A DNA stretch of 63,771 nt, the filler included, from Reticulomyxa filosa (lineage: Eukaryota; Protista; Foraminifera): assembly GCA_000512085.1 (NCBI GenBank). It is 16 parts of 16 records of this genome, joined end to end, with 100 filler letters (N's around TTAATTAATTAA, not from the genome) between each part and the next. Parts side by side here need not be neighbours in the genome. Positions count along the whole stretch, not along the records: positions 1 to 18,562 come from ASPP01013183.1; 15 more parts are not named here. One strand, 5' to 3'. The notes under the pieces were generated by a model, which ran no database searches, was not told where the DNA came from, and saw nothing but the letters and a program-made list of their open reading frames with translations. Below are positions 1 to 14,000 of this stretch, piece after piece; position 1 is the first letter of the stretch; every line of letters begins with the position of its first letter. The translations under genes and the position numbers were made by a program.

Positions 1-3000
1 CGTGCATGCACATAGTGACAAAAAAAACAAAAAACAGATGAACCTGTTGTTCGGTTTTGGTTAAATATCGAAATTTATTGTCAGCAACATCTTGTTCGTA
101 TCTTCGAACACTTGGAATCAATGGCGAATAGTCTATTTTATTGATTTGTTCCAGTGTGAAAATGACAAAACTATCATAACCTCGTGGTTTTGATGAATTG
201 GCATTATCAGTGTTGTTATTCGGCGATGGAATATTGGACATGCCATCCGTTTTTTTTAAAGAAGCAAAGATGGAGGAACCATTGATAATACTACTAATGG
301 GTTTGGTTGACTCAGTGGATTGCGATTCAGTGTCAAGACGACTCCGATTCACCTTGCATGGAAAAGGAGGCAAGCCACCATTAGCAAGAGCCTGTGTTGT
401 TGTGTCTTCCGCGCTCTGTTCTCTTGTCTGCTTTTTGGTCAAATATTGCTGCATTTTTTTCCAATACAAAATATCTTTATTTTGGTAAATTGTTTCCACG
501 CTTTGGCTGGATGTCCGCAATTGTTGATTGGGATGGCTTCGATTCCGAAAGAACGCTTCCATTAACTGTGGTAGAAAAGCTTTTCGATCAAAGTCCACCA
601 ACTCCTGCATAGACGGCTCCTTCCACGCCGCAATGGCGTGTTCGGCGACGGGTTGTCGAGTGGATAACATGCATTTGATCAATTGATGCGATGTCGCCAC
701 AAGTATGGGTTTGAAGGTGTCAAAATCAAAATGGCCATTTTGATGATGGATCAACACATCAATGATGTTTACTGCTTCCATTATAAATATTTCCTCTTTT
801 TGTGGAGACTGTTTTGGCCAATAACGAAGCAGTCCACTTAGCACGACCGAAGCTCCTTGGATGTCTTTAGCAACATAGTTCACACAACATTGTGTCAGTT
901 GCTCCCAATATTTTTTGAGTGCTCGTGACTATATGTGTATCAACACCACAAGTCTGTATGAATAAGTGTGTTTGGTTAGTCTCATGCAAACGACAACGTT
1001 TTCACACAAATCCAATTTGAACAAAAGTACACTACTGAAGGGTAGGTAACACAATAGTAGTAGTTGTAATAGTAGTAGTAATAATTGTTGTTGTTATTGT
1101 ATCATAGTATGTTTTGGATGGTCAATGTAACTTTGTGCAATGGTATTAAAAATACTTTTCAGAAACTTTTGCCAAGTATCTTTAATAGGTAATGTAAGTC
1201 CTGGAATGATGGCACATACAATTTGCAGTATTTCAATAACACCATTGCAATGATCCAAATCTGGGGTATACATAACTCGATACAAATGTACACAAATTAG
1301 CTCAATAATATGAGGTCTCAGCTTCAAGCAACGTCCATAGATTTTGTGCAAAATCATCATCAAATATGCCCTTTCTCTGGTATCTTCACTCGCAAATAGT
1401 TCCATTAATTTTTGTAAGAAAGATCCAGGTAGATATTTCTGATCATTTTTCATATTGTGTGTACGTATTGTTGGTGCGTTTGTTTTGTTTTTTTCTCCCC
1501 CTCTCTCTCTACCTCCTTGCTTCCTTCTCCACATTATCTTCTTGTGCAATCTTTTATGAGATGGTCAGATTTAAAAAAAAAAAAAAAGTATCCTTTCTCT
1601 TAATTACCTCCATGATCTGTGCTGTGACACTTGGAGTGTTGATAACTCTCCAAGTGAGGTCATAAACGAGTTTCAAATGTCTCCACGAGGGGTCTTCATA
1701 ACTGGTTTCTTTTTCAAAAACTTCGTCATTGAAGAACATCAATGAAGGTGGACGATATTGATATGGCAACGGACGGAATAAATTGATACTGATCGTTTTT
1801 AAGCATTCTTCAAAGAGCTCTTCGCTAAACCAGGTGTTTTGAGAGATAAAATCTGTCAAATCAGTCAATAGTGCCTCTTTTTTTTGAACAATTTGTAGCT
1901 TTACTCGCGTCTATTTGAAGGGGAAAGGAGTAGGAGAAAAAGAGTGAGAAGAAGGGAGGAAAAGAAAGAGAAAGAGAGAGAGAGAGAAAAAGAGAGAAAA
2001 AGAGAGAAAGAAGATGTTGTCAACAGTACCAAGAAAAGTGTTTTCTATAAGACACAGACATATACATATGTAAAAAAAAGGAAAACACACAATGTCATTG
2101 AAATCACAAATGGCACGACACAGTCGAAGTTTTTCTTTAAACAATTGGTCCCGTTCAAGCTTGAATACGTTTATCAACAATGGTGGATTGGCTTCATACA
2201 AATCTTTCAGAAGCCCTTTCAAAGTGATTTTCTTTTTTTTGATTTTTCAGACAGTGTTTCACTTCGCAACAGTTGTGTTCTCCCATCTTTGTCATCATAC
2301 AAAGTTAGCCAGTTTCCAAATAGCAGTTGTTCTTTCGGGGTCATGTCATTATTGTTGTTGTTATTGCTATTACTTTTTTTAGCTGTCTCTTCGCGTTTGG
2401 ATGCGGATGTGTTCTTTTCTGTTTCGCTTCTTCGTATTTTTTTCCCAAGCCAAGATACAAATGAAACACTGCCTTCTTGTGACGAGTCACTTTTATTGTC
2501 TTGCTGGTTTTGATTTTCTTTTCGTTCATGATCTCGATTGATATACTTATCTTCCTTTCCATCCGTTGCGTCATGTTTTTTTTCAAAGCCGTTGTTGCTG
2601 TGTGGATGCAAGGAGCTTGTTCCGGACCCTTTTAATTTCGGAACAAGATCAATCTTCATTGCTTCTTCCAATTCTTGGATCGTGTACGTTTTGTGAGGTG
2701 TGTCCTTCGCTCCTTCGTCCATTATATTCTCTTCCTTATTTTCGTCCTTTTTCACCATCTCGTCGTCAATTGCGGAGTTGTTATTTGTTTTGTAACTACT
2801 CAATTTTGTGTTTCCTCCTTCCTCTTCCTTCTCTTTGTCTTTATCCTTGTCCTTGTCCTTGTCTTGGTCTGTTTCTGTTTCTGTTTCTGTTTCTTTTTCT
2901 TCCTCTCCTTTTCTTTCTTCTCCTTTTTCTTTTGATACTTCTCGTTCCTGTTCTTGTTCACTTTTCCTCTCATTGTCAGTTGCGTTCACTACTGTATTAT

Positions 3001-4703
3001 CATTCTGTCTGGATTCGACAGACAATCCTTGTACTGTATTGTACTGTCTTTCTTCAACACGTATCCCCTGTTTCGTCTCTTTATTATTATTGTTGTTATT
3101 GTCGTCTTTAGTACCATTGGCATCAACAACGCCAGCTATATTTTCCACTTGTCTTTTGCTTTTGTCTTTGTTAGTGCTTCTCCAATCTGCACTTGCACTT
3201 TCCACTGTCATGCCATTGCCGGCGGTGCCAATTGAAAAAGAATGATTCAGTTGTTCGCTATGATCATTGTTCTTGATATTCGTCTCGCTCTTTGAAGACG
3301 ATGAGATTCTGTTTCTTTCATCCGAAAACACTGGCATTATAAAGCGTTCCATTGAGCCGATAATGCTTGTTCCTTTGTCATTTTTTTAAAAAAATATCAA
3401 TGTCCCCCCCGTCCCCGTACCCCCCCCCCCCCCTCCAAGCAACTAATAAACAACACAAATGTTACAACTCAAACATCGACTTTAAAAAAAAAAAAAAATC
3501 AAACTTACGTGTTGTGTACAATCTCACTTTTTTTTTTCCATTCACAAAACTTGTTTTTTGAGCCAAAACAAACAGTCCATAATTCTCACGACACTCAAAA
3601 TAATACTTATTTTTCACAGTCCCATTGTTTGCCCCATTTTGTTCATCCAACTCTAGCCCATACCATATGCCCTGCCAACAAACAACACCTCAGCTTTTGA
3701 ATTTTTCCATCCTAACTTTCAAGTGTTCGAAATTGTTCTTTTGCATGTGTTTTATTCGTTTTTTTTTTTTTTTTTTTCCCCTTTCCCCCTCCTCCCCCCT
3801 CCCCTCCCCCTCTGCTCCACGCCTCCTCATTAAACTCTAAAAAAAATTTAACTGCATCAAAATGCACTGGTCCAAAGTACCGAATGACTCCACGTAAATT
3901 TTCTTTTTTAGAAACACACAAGGTATCTCCTACCGTATATTTATGTTGTCCGCTTGCTATTTCCGCGCCAGCATTGCAATCCCACATTAAAAAAAAAACC
4001 CACACACACACGCATATATATATGTATATATATCCCAAGGCGTCTTTAAAAATAAATTCAATAAATTAAAAACGTATAATTTCGTTATCACTTGAGTGCA
4101 TTTATTCATGTTTGGACAAAGAAATAGATAATAACTTTCAAGGATTTGTTCAATTTTTTCCAATGGCACCCAGAGCGCCTTGGATTTGGATGCTTTGTCA
4201 TTGAGGTCTGTGTTGTCGGTCGTGTTCATATTTTCTGTGACAATCCGAACCCATTGACCACTGCGTCTTGGCCTTGGTCCTATTGATGTTACTGTGCCCT
4301 CTACTTTATTCTTCAGTCGGACCTACAAAAGTTTCCTCGCAAAAAAAAAAAAAAGTTTTTTAAGGTGTCCATCATATTTTCAAACTGAACTTTGGTGGAG
4401 AAAGAAAGGGGTATACTTTGAATAAATAAATAAAAATTTCTTTTGTTAATGTGCTTTAACTTTATCACCGACAAACAACGTAATTTTGTGTTGCCCTTCG
4501 GCTTGTGGTGATGATGGTCGAGTGTTCGAAATGTCCGTGTCACTATTTGTATCGGCTTCTGATTGTTCGTTTGTCTTGTTACTGTTATTTTTTCCAGAAT
4601 TTGTGTGAGAACGTGATGTCGAAGATGTATTTTGCTTTTCAGTGCTTTTTTGTTTTGAATTTTTAATAGGTGCAAAGAGCTGCATTTTCCCTATCCCTAA
4701 CAT
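1..4703 (-). CDS. Multi-exon gene: N-terminal CAP-Gly domain, long low-complexity linker, then PP2A regulatory subunit B' (B56); 3' end at or near the window edge
   Basis: CAP-Gly motifs: YTVGDTLCV..LRGVIRYFGPVHF (3860-3940) and GIWYGLELDEQNGANNGTVKNKYYFECRENYGLFV (3550-3675). B56 motifs: LFKEKLRLCRAICDF, SINLFRPLP, DPSWRHLKLVYDL, LMELFASEDTRERAYLMMILHKIYGR, GLLRYWPKQSPQKE, VAEHAIAAW. Exons are separated by short AT-rich introns. Confidence 0.85.
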
Positions 4704-5039
4704 ATTATAAAATTATTTAAGTTTTTTTTTTAAGTTGTGGGGGGTACTTTGCGTTTTTTTTTTGAACAGGTGCAACGAGGACATCTATATTGAGCTGCTT
4801 TTCTAATCCAATTTGCACTCTTTTGTTCGCTTCCTGCACAACTTGGAACTAAGTGAAGTGATGCTATTTATTTGATTCACAATGAATGCAGTAGTGATTG
4901 AATTGAAAAGATAAAAAAAAATGTAGGTCGAACAAATAGATGCTGCATTTTGCAAGGCCTTTTGTTCAAAAGTTATGTTTTGAGTTTTGGATATTTTATA
5001 GCAAATTAACATTCACACACTTAGTTGTAAGCCCATTGT

Positions 5040-8000
5040 TTATAGTGCTTGTTGTGGTTCAATTGGATGTTTTTCAGGTTCATCAGCCATTTCTAGTTTC
5101 GTGCTAGTTACTGTAATATCAAGTACAAAACAACAATAAAAAGGTAGGTCAAATTTTCAAAGTGTAATGTTGACAAATAACATACCCCCTTTCGTCTCTT
5201 TCTCATCATCGTCATCATCATCAATATCTTCATCAGGAACTTGCAACAATCCTTTACCTTTTTCTTTTTCCTTTTGTTTCAGTTCTTTCTCGGCCTATCA
5301 ATGAAACAGCACAAGTCGAAGTGAATAAATATTGTAATAACAACAAATATAACCAAACTTGTGCGGTAGTAATCATTTCATCTTCTGCAGCTAAGGCTTG
5401 ATATAATTTCTGACGGCGATACACGAATAACAATGCCAAAAGCCCAATTCCAATAACAAACACCAGTATTGGTATTGCCCACAGAGGTACAGCCGACCCA
5501 CTGGATGATCCGGATCCATTTCCGTCTCCATTACCACCTCCGTTACCACCATCGTCACCACCACCACCAGAATCATTGCGCGGTGGAACAGCAGCCAGCT
5601 CCGCTGTGTAAACCCATTCTATTTTCAAGCATACATGAAACAAGTTTTTAAAAAAATTGTTCATTATATAAAAACAAAGGTATTTTACCGAAGTTACAGC
5701 ATTGATAAGCGGAGCAATTGAGTAACGCAGCAAATATCTTATCTCCCTCAATAGAATGGATGGCAGCATAATCAGCATTATTTAAATGATAATAATTGGT
5801 CAAGTACTGTTGCACGACGTCTAAACATCCTTCAGTCGAATAGCATTCGAAGAAGAAATCTGAGCAAAACTGTTGTGAACAAGAAAATTCCTGGTACACA
5901 TCACAGTCAGTTGGAGTGTTGGGATCGTTTGCTTCAAGAAGCACGAACATTTTCATACAAGTTTGCAAACACACAAAACAAATAGTTTTGTCTTTTTAAC
6001 GCTATTTGAATATACATATACATATATGTAATGAAATTGTAACATACAGTCGGTGCAACAATGTTTGCGTGTACAATCGGCGACGGCAAATGGTAATTGG
6101 AAGTTAACGTTTGGATTGATTTGTTCGTATTTTTGAAAAGTCTTCCAACTTGGTGAACATTCGTTGTTCTTAGTGCATTTATTCAAAGCATCTTGACATT
6201 TATTACTTATACAGGTGCTATTGCCAACGCATTGTGGAACTATTCGATGCACATTTATTCAAATATTAGCCATAAGCCATAGGTACATAATCAAGAAACG
6301 AGAACATCAAGCAGGAAGGAAGGAGGAGAGGAAAAAAAAAAAAAAAAAAGGACTGTCAGTTCGAGTTCCTCACCTGTGGAGTAGCATGGATAAGTCGGGA
6401 GCCAAAAGAAATATTGATTTGTATTTCCTTGACCTAATAATTCGATTTCATCTGGACAGTAAACATCAGCATCAAAGACACATAGACCAGTCAATGCACA
6501 CCACGTACCAGCGACTACTTCACACATTGAACAAGTTGAAGCATCGTAATTAATCATCAAGTTTCCTGCTTCATCTGTGGCACTCTCTGTACATCTTTGA
6601 TAAGTACAAGTTTGTACCCATAATGCATTGTTGTTGTCGTATTCGTTCGTTTCAATTAAGTATTGCAAACATGGCTCGTGATTCAAATACAAGCATACTT
6701 GGCCACAACATTGATTTTCGTAGTCTAAGTTAAAGAATGCGCATGAGGATTGCTGACTCAGCGATTGATAGACCTGATACATTTCATTATCATTTTTACA
6801 ATACGAATAAGGTGATTGATAGAAAAAGAAGCGCCAATCGCTAGGCAAGTCATCACTCACTGCCACGTACAGCATTGTATAAGGTACGACCTCGTTTAAT
6901 ATCACCGTCGCAAGGAGGGTGCTGGAATCGTGATCATTGTATTTTAAGCCAATGTATACTAGAGTTTGTGCTGTTGCTTCATTGGTTGTGATCTTTACCC
7001 AGTAAGGTCGCATGATATCCTCATCGAGGAATGAGGGGTGTGATCCTTGTGATATTGTTTTGATTACAGCATCTGTATCGTCCCTATAAGTGAAACAAAA
7101 AAAATAAATCACATATCAAAAAAGGCAAGTATTTCCTTTTTTACTTTTTTTGTAAAAATGAAAGAATTTTTTTAAAAAAAAGAAAAAATAACTCAATCAC
7201 TATTTGCGTCGGAGCAAAAGTAATCGTGATAAATGTATTTTCGTTGGAGTAATAATGTGTCTCGCTGTCCAATTGATAAAATCGCAATGCTGCCTTTGCA
7301 ATGTTGAGATCTGTGCTTATTACTGAAAACCAAACTGTGTCTGATTGCATCTTGTTTAATGCATCGTACTCGCCTTGTTTTGTCTTATCTAATTTGAATT
7401 GGTTTTCATCAAATTACAATCCAAAAATACAATCAAACAAGCCAAATTGAGACAGTTATAAAAAAAAAGAGCACATATCAAAACTTTGTGGTGTGATAAC
7501 AAATTTGTCTTCAAGGGCACAGCACGCCAAAGAGCAGTTGGCCACTTTTTTCCATAGTTTGTATGCAGACTCGTCCATGTACGCGATACCAGTTCGGAAA
7601 ATTTCCGTCATTGCATCTCCACATTCAATGTCATTTACGCAATCGGTCAAATAAGTGTCACATAAGTCTACTAAGCAATCGGCTCGCATATGGCAAGGAA
7701 GGCCGCCGACATCTACGCACATAGAGTATGGCAAAATCAAACATGTTTGATCAATGTGTGCGTTTTTTTGCTATCGTGTTGAAATCCAATAACAAAAGCC
7801 ACTTAACAAGAATCAGTGTGTTGCTGATAGGTTGGACTAGGAGTAGGTGATCGCATGCTGTCCGGTAAAGGATCTAAACGCATACATAAAACAAACAACA
7901 TGACTGATTTCAAAGTGACAAACAAATACAAATCATTCAGAAGAAAAAAAAAACTAAACATTTCAACAAGTTATCAATGGTAAGTTTTTGATAATTTTGT

Positions 8001-11000
8001 TCGTTTCCACGTTTAAATGCCCATTGGATTTGGCTGTCATCCTCACACTTGTCTTCCTTTGTATATACATACAATTCGATTACATGCCATCCGCTCTTTA
8101 ATTTGCTGGTAGTCACAATTACAGCATTTTGCAACTTGTCCACAGAGTCGGTATAAAAATATTCATTTTTGTCAACGTAAATAGCCACTTTATTTGCACC
8201 TAAGAAACTGAATTCAAATTCCCATTGTGATGGAGAATCACTCCAATTGGGCTCACTAAATTTAATAACATAGTACTTGCCGACGTCAGTTAAGGAGCCA
8301 GAGTCAGGACAAAGTTCTGAATTGCAAGGTCTTTTAAAAGTGTCGACATATTTTATTTATTTTTTTGGTAAAGTGGTATTGATAATACAAACAAAATAAT
8401 AACAAAAAAAAAAAAACTAACACAGTGTAGAGGACTGGGTTCAAAGTTTCACAAAAGTCTGAAGTGGTTTGAACATTCAAAATAGCTTGTCGCAACGACT
8501 CGGCATTGTTGATGGACGATGGGCTGTCAATTCTTCCCGATCGATACAAAAATGAAGGAGTATCTATTTTTATTCAAAAAAAGTACAACCACATTGTTTT
8601 AAAAAAAGCTTTTTTAATTGTAAGTTTCAAAGACACGTTTCATAACATCTGCCGTCAAATTTGCAAAGTCCATATTGTACTCCTTCTGTGGAGTCTCCAT
8701 AAGGCATTGAGGTCCATTGCTCCGTTGATTTGGACAGTACAGCTTTGTAGTGATCAGGTTGCGGTTCTCCTGAACGCCAATCTATGTAGGAAACTTTCGA
8801 GCTATCCGACCACACAAACTTGGTTTCGTCCCATGTTATCTCTTTTGTGTTCATTTCGAAGCCAATCCAACAATCAAATGAATTTGGACATGCGCTAACA
8901 GCCAATTGATTTTCTCTGTTCCATCATTTCACACAACACAAATCAACAAAAAATATAAATAGCCATATGAACCCGTTTATTCATCAATGGCATGTCATGT
9001 GTGTTATGTGACCTGTAATTCAAAATGCTTGCCAAATCTCCATCCAAACTTACACAATAGTCTCGGAATTGTTGCCAAGTGTAACCAGTAGAGCCTTCCA
9101 CAGCCACAAACACTGGATCTTTCGTGCACATGTTGCAAGTTTGTGCACACGACAAATAATATGTCGTTTGCAAACACAAGCTGGAATCACTCAAGATATC
9201 CAGACACAGATAAGGATCTTCGTCCACACATGAGGCATAAGGTTCAGGAATGGACACACAAAAAGAAGCATCCAAAGAAATGTGTGCAGAAGCGGGCCAT
9301 ACCCCTCCACTTTTTCCAGATGCATTGTTGTTGCTAAATACGAATTGGTAAGACCAAGGGAAGGTCACAGTGGCCTTGGCGCTGTATTTCTGGTTTTTGA
9401 CCGCGTTGGCATACGTACCAAGTAGTTCTCCATTGACATATATGGCGATCGATTCGTCAATCGGTATACTTCCTCCTTGTGGCGAGCCAGTTTGAATAGT
9501 GAGAGTGATATCATACTCCGTGTATTGTCCAAATTCGCTTGACAAGTCCACAACGCCTTTACAATTAAGCAAAAACATAAATTGTGACAATTAAAAAGTA
9601 CAAACGCACACAAATATCAAGTAACAATAATAATAATAATAATAATAATAATAAACAAACCTGAAAGTACTCCATAAGTGGAATTGCCGATCAAATATAA
9701 TCCAGCATTTTTGCACTGTTTGCAACGTCAATAGTGTTTTCCGTGGCGTTGAAGATATAGTCTCTCCAATAGTAATTGTGGCACAAGGTGTTGATTTGAT
9801 ACACACTGTACACACTGCTTCCGCTCTCACCACCACAGGTATAGTCTCCATCTCCATAGCATTGCTCCACACAATTTGAACTTGATGTCGCCGTTTTTGG
9901 GATTGATTCGGTAGTTCCGTTACTGCATTGGCATGTATTGCCACCAATCAAAGCGAAATACGAAGAATAAAAACTAAGGCATGTCGCATAGCATTGCTCA
10001 GGTGTCAGCATTGCACTTTCAAATTTCTTACCGTGGAACAGCGTTTTGCCCGAGGTATCTGCATAGCAACCATCGTACACATATGCCGCAGCGGCACTTA
10101 TACTTGAAATAACTTCTGGTGAAATGACATTATCATACAAACGAATCTGTTTCATTTTGCCTCCTAGCGCGTAATATGTTGATTTGGTGGAATCGGTGTG
10201 GTCGCCAATGTACAATGCACTGTTTGCGACGGCACTGACGACTTGATAAGTGTCTATCAGCACTAATGCACCATCGACATAAAAGCGTTGTTGTTTGGTG
10301 GAGTTATCCCATGTAAATACAATGTGATGCCACTCGTTATACTTTACTGCCGAATTTGACAAAGAATAGCCTTGTTCTTTTCCTCCAAACTGGGATGCAG
10401 ATCGCAAATGGTTACTGTGTGGCACAATTTTCATTGATTGTTATAAAAATAAACAAATCATATGTACAAAATATAGTAATGGGCACTGCATAAATAAATA
10501 GAGAGGGGGAAAAAAAAAAAATTCAAAACTCTTGCGAAATGTATATTGTACGAATTGGTGAAGAGCTTGAACCCAACAACCATGAAAATAATCCCCGATC
10601 TGTCAATGTTTGTTCTGGTGTCAACGTGCTTGAGTCGTATGAGTTAGCAGACTGGAATTTAATCCAAGCTGCAACGCTACCTCGAATTAAACTTACCTTC
10701 ACTGCTGCCGTGAGATATTGCGCAGATCCATACACAATATTTACTCCACCTTCATCTACCAATGGGTTGTAGTTTCCAACTGAAGAATAGCCTGATTTGT
10801 ACGTTGCCGTGACTTTCACATTGTTTCCAGAGGAATCAGCCATATCATAGTTGCCATCACTACACGTAAACAAAAATTCACATTTCAAATCATACGTGAG
10901 TCAGGGACAATCAATCCTTATTCATCTCATTTTTACGTTACATACATATACAACAAACATATACACACATACCTGAGCTCGATATCAAGCAATAAACTCA

Positions 11001-14000
11001 TTTCTGGCCAATAGTACGCCGCAATTGAATACACTCGATAGGTTTGTGTCACATTTGCAAATGGAATTTTTGTCACATTAGTGTATTGGGATTGTACATT
11101 ATATCGGTATACGGTGTGTGTAAGATTGGTATCGGCATCATAATTCAAAACGCCATTGGACGTATGCCACCAGCCCAAAATATCACCACTTTGGAAAGTG
11201 ATACGTTCTTGGGCATCAATGTCAAAATAGTGCATACCAATTGACGAGACAGTAACTTCATTTTGTCCGATCAAGGTATACACTTGCTTTGAAGTGTTTG
11301 GTCTCCATACTTGCAAGACGAGCATACCGGTTTGAGCAGCGAATATCTTCCAGCCACTTACAGCACCATGTGTTGAAAACTTTGATGATATATCAAGGTG
11401 TATTGAATCTCCATTACCGTCTATGGTGCTGCGCTCACGTACAGTGTTTCCAACAAATGGAATAATTGATTCCGAACACATAAAATGTCTTGAATTTTGG
11501 CAGCTCACGTCATCCCATTGATAATTATTGGCACTCGATAGTTCCATGCAGCTTTCAAATGTACCCGCTATTTCAATCGTGTTGTTTGGTGTTGGTTTTT
11601 TGTAATTGCTTTCCATGTTTCATTTTTGTTTTATTCTTAACTTTGATCATTATTACTTGGAGCACCTGCCATCCAATCTGTATAATCGAAAGCAGTACCA
11701 TCGCTCCACATCCAAGTTTCTGTGTCACTTTCATTCATCGCAACACCTCCGACATATACATTCACTGCATCGTCTTCGTTATTCAAAGCTGAAGTTATCA
11801 GCGAAATCACTTCGTCTTGTTGCGAGGCGGAATGGATGGACAACAAAGTTCGGCCTAAGTTTTCACAATAGTTTTCTGATTCTCGCCAATTGCGTGCTTC
11901 TTTTACGTAGATCCAATCACTCGAAATGGTTTGCGTGGCTGTTTGGTTTGTATTTGAATTTTTATCGATTCAGCAATACAGTCCAAAGTTCCATTTGTTT
12001 TTTTTTATTATTATTCGCGAAATGCCCTCGAAAAAACAAACAAGAAGAGAATTCCAGCAAATCAAATAAGAGTAAGAGAAGAGTAACTGGCAGGAGTTTT
12101 TCGGACATAGATTTGCACCACATCGTTTGCTTGTCCTAATTTTCTTTGGCCAGATACCATTGGCTCAGTGAACTTGCCTTCATCGCAGTGATGCTAACAT
12201 ATTGCATACATATACATATATGTATATGTATACATTTTATATATGTACATATCATTATATACGTGTATGTGCTAATTTTTTTTTTTTTTTTTTTACAACA
12301 CAAAATGAAGCAACAACAGTAACAATGATTCGTGTTTTATACGTTGGCATACCTGACAATAATTAGTACATTCGTCCCAGAAATAACCGCCGTAAAACAA
12401 ACCAGCACCAGCAGTAGTGTTCGCCACACATCCACATCCCAAAGTTTCTGAGTTTCCTGTGTTGTCAAATTTATTGACAGAAACGTTTGGCAAAAATGCC
12501 CATGTTATCCCTCCAGGTTTGTGTGAAGCATCTACAGCACGACAAAATGTTGCAGATGTGGTGCGACTGTTTTCCATTAAGGTCGCGATCGTATCATCAT
12601 TTGTTCGAACATTTTTCACAGGCTGAGACAAGCTGAGGGTACCGTCAAATATATCTCCACTCTCCAGAGTAAATGCAACATATTTGTCAGCGTCCCATTT
12701 AATCATTACTTCATCGTACGTTCCCTCAAAGTATTTGCCGATTATTCCACTCGACTCTTGTTGCAATAGTGCGTTTGGATCGCTCGTTACTTGCGACAAA
12801 TCTCTCAACAACGGCGCATCTCCCGAGTACACTTCTTGGGCGATCAAAGTCCATCCACCGCCTAACGTGTCCATGTCACAGTACACATCGATCAATCGCT
12901 GCTCCAAGTAATGACCTGGATTGACCGCGTAAACACCGCTCGAGGCATGAGCGTCCATGTCGCTGCATTGTTGGATATTAGACACTCCACAAATGGCATA
13001 TCGCAACGACTTGTCGCAGTCCACATCGTTCCATCCGTAATTGGCTGGTATTCCTGGAGTCGGGCCACGAATAAACTCAAACTCTGCGCAATCTTCGCCG
13101 GCTCCATAATTGTTTGGTTCTCCTTTCCACCAATACGTGTAGTCATATGGAGTGCCATCAGTCCATAGCCACATTCCTTCAGTATCATCATGCAATCCAA
13201 TCCAAAATCCGTTTGTTTGCATTTGGTTTTCATCCCACAAGTTAATCAGTTTCAGCGTAGTATTGCTGTCGTGAATTGAAACCAAGTGTCTTCCCAATTC
13301 TCGACAGTACGCTTCTGCTTCGGTCCAAGTTAATTTATAGTTGACAATCACATATTCCAATGCGGCGCTGGAGGATAACAGCTCAATCGACACTCCACTG
13401 AATCCCCACGTGGCCGTGGAAATATCATCGCTTCTTGAACTGTTTTGCCATGCCGTGGGCAGATTGGTTGTCCATTCGATTTCAAGTATCGATGAACTGT
13501 GAGCCAATTGAATGTCCATGTCAACATAGCATTGATTATCCGTGCTGTCTGTTTCAACGTGACCTGTGTATGCTTTCCACCCTCCTTGGCACGAGTGCGA
13601 GTGTTGCTTTGGTATCTTCCATTCCGTCTGTCCGTCCACAAATAATGCTATCCAACTGTTATTTGGCCATTGATTTAAGCTCCAAACACGTGCTTTCAAG
13701 CGTATGAAATTGTGCGTTTGCGTCCCAAAGGTGCGAGAAACGGAGGAAACATCGCTTGAACCCCATAGTCCGTGAATTCTTCCTTCTTCCATTGCAACCA
13801 TGGATGAGTCAGACCATCCAATTCCAGAGTTATCGTCCTCCCAGACTTGATCGATGATCGTATACGTTTCTCTGCAAATGGAAGGATATTCTTTTGTGCA
13901 AACTTCTGTAAAATATTCACCATTCCCATCTAATCCGACACAATTTTGGTTTTCCGTGTTGGACACATTGAGTTGATTTACGTATTTTTGTGACTCTGGT

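Noticed and set aside
2219-3352. Standalone 377-aa protein and the overlapping antisense ORFs
   Set aside because: This is a low-complexity internal exon of the CAP-Gly/B56 gene, and the antisense ORFs are shadows.
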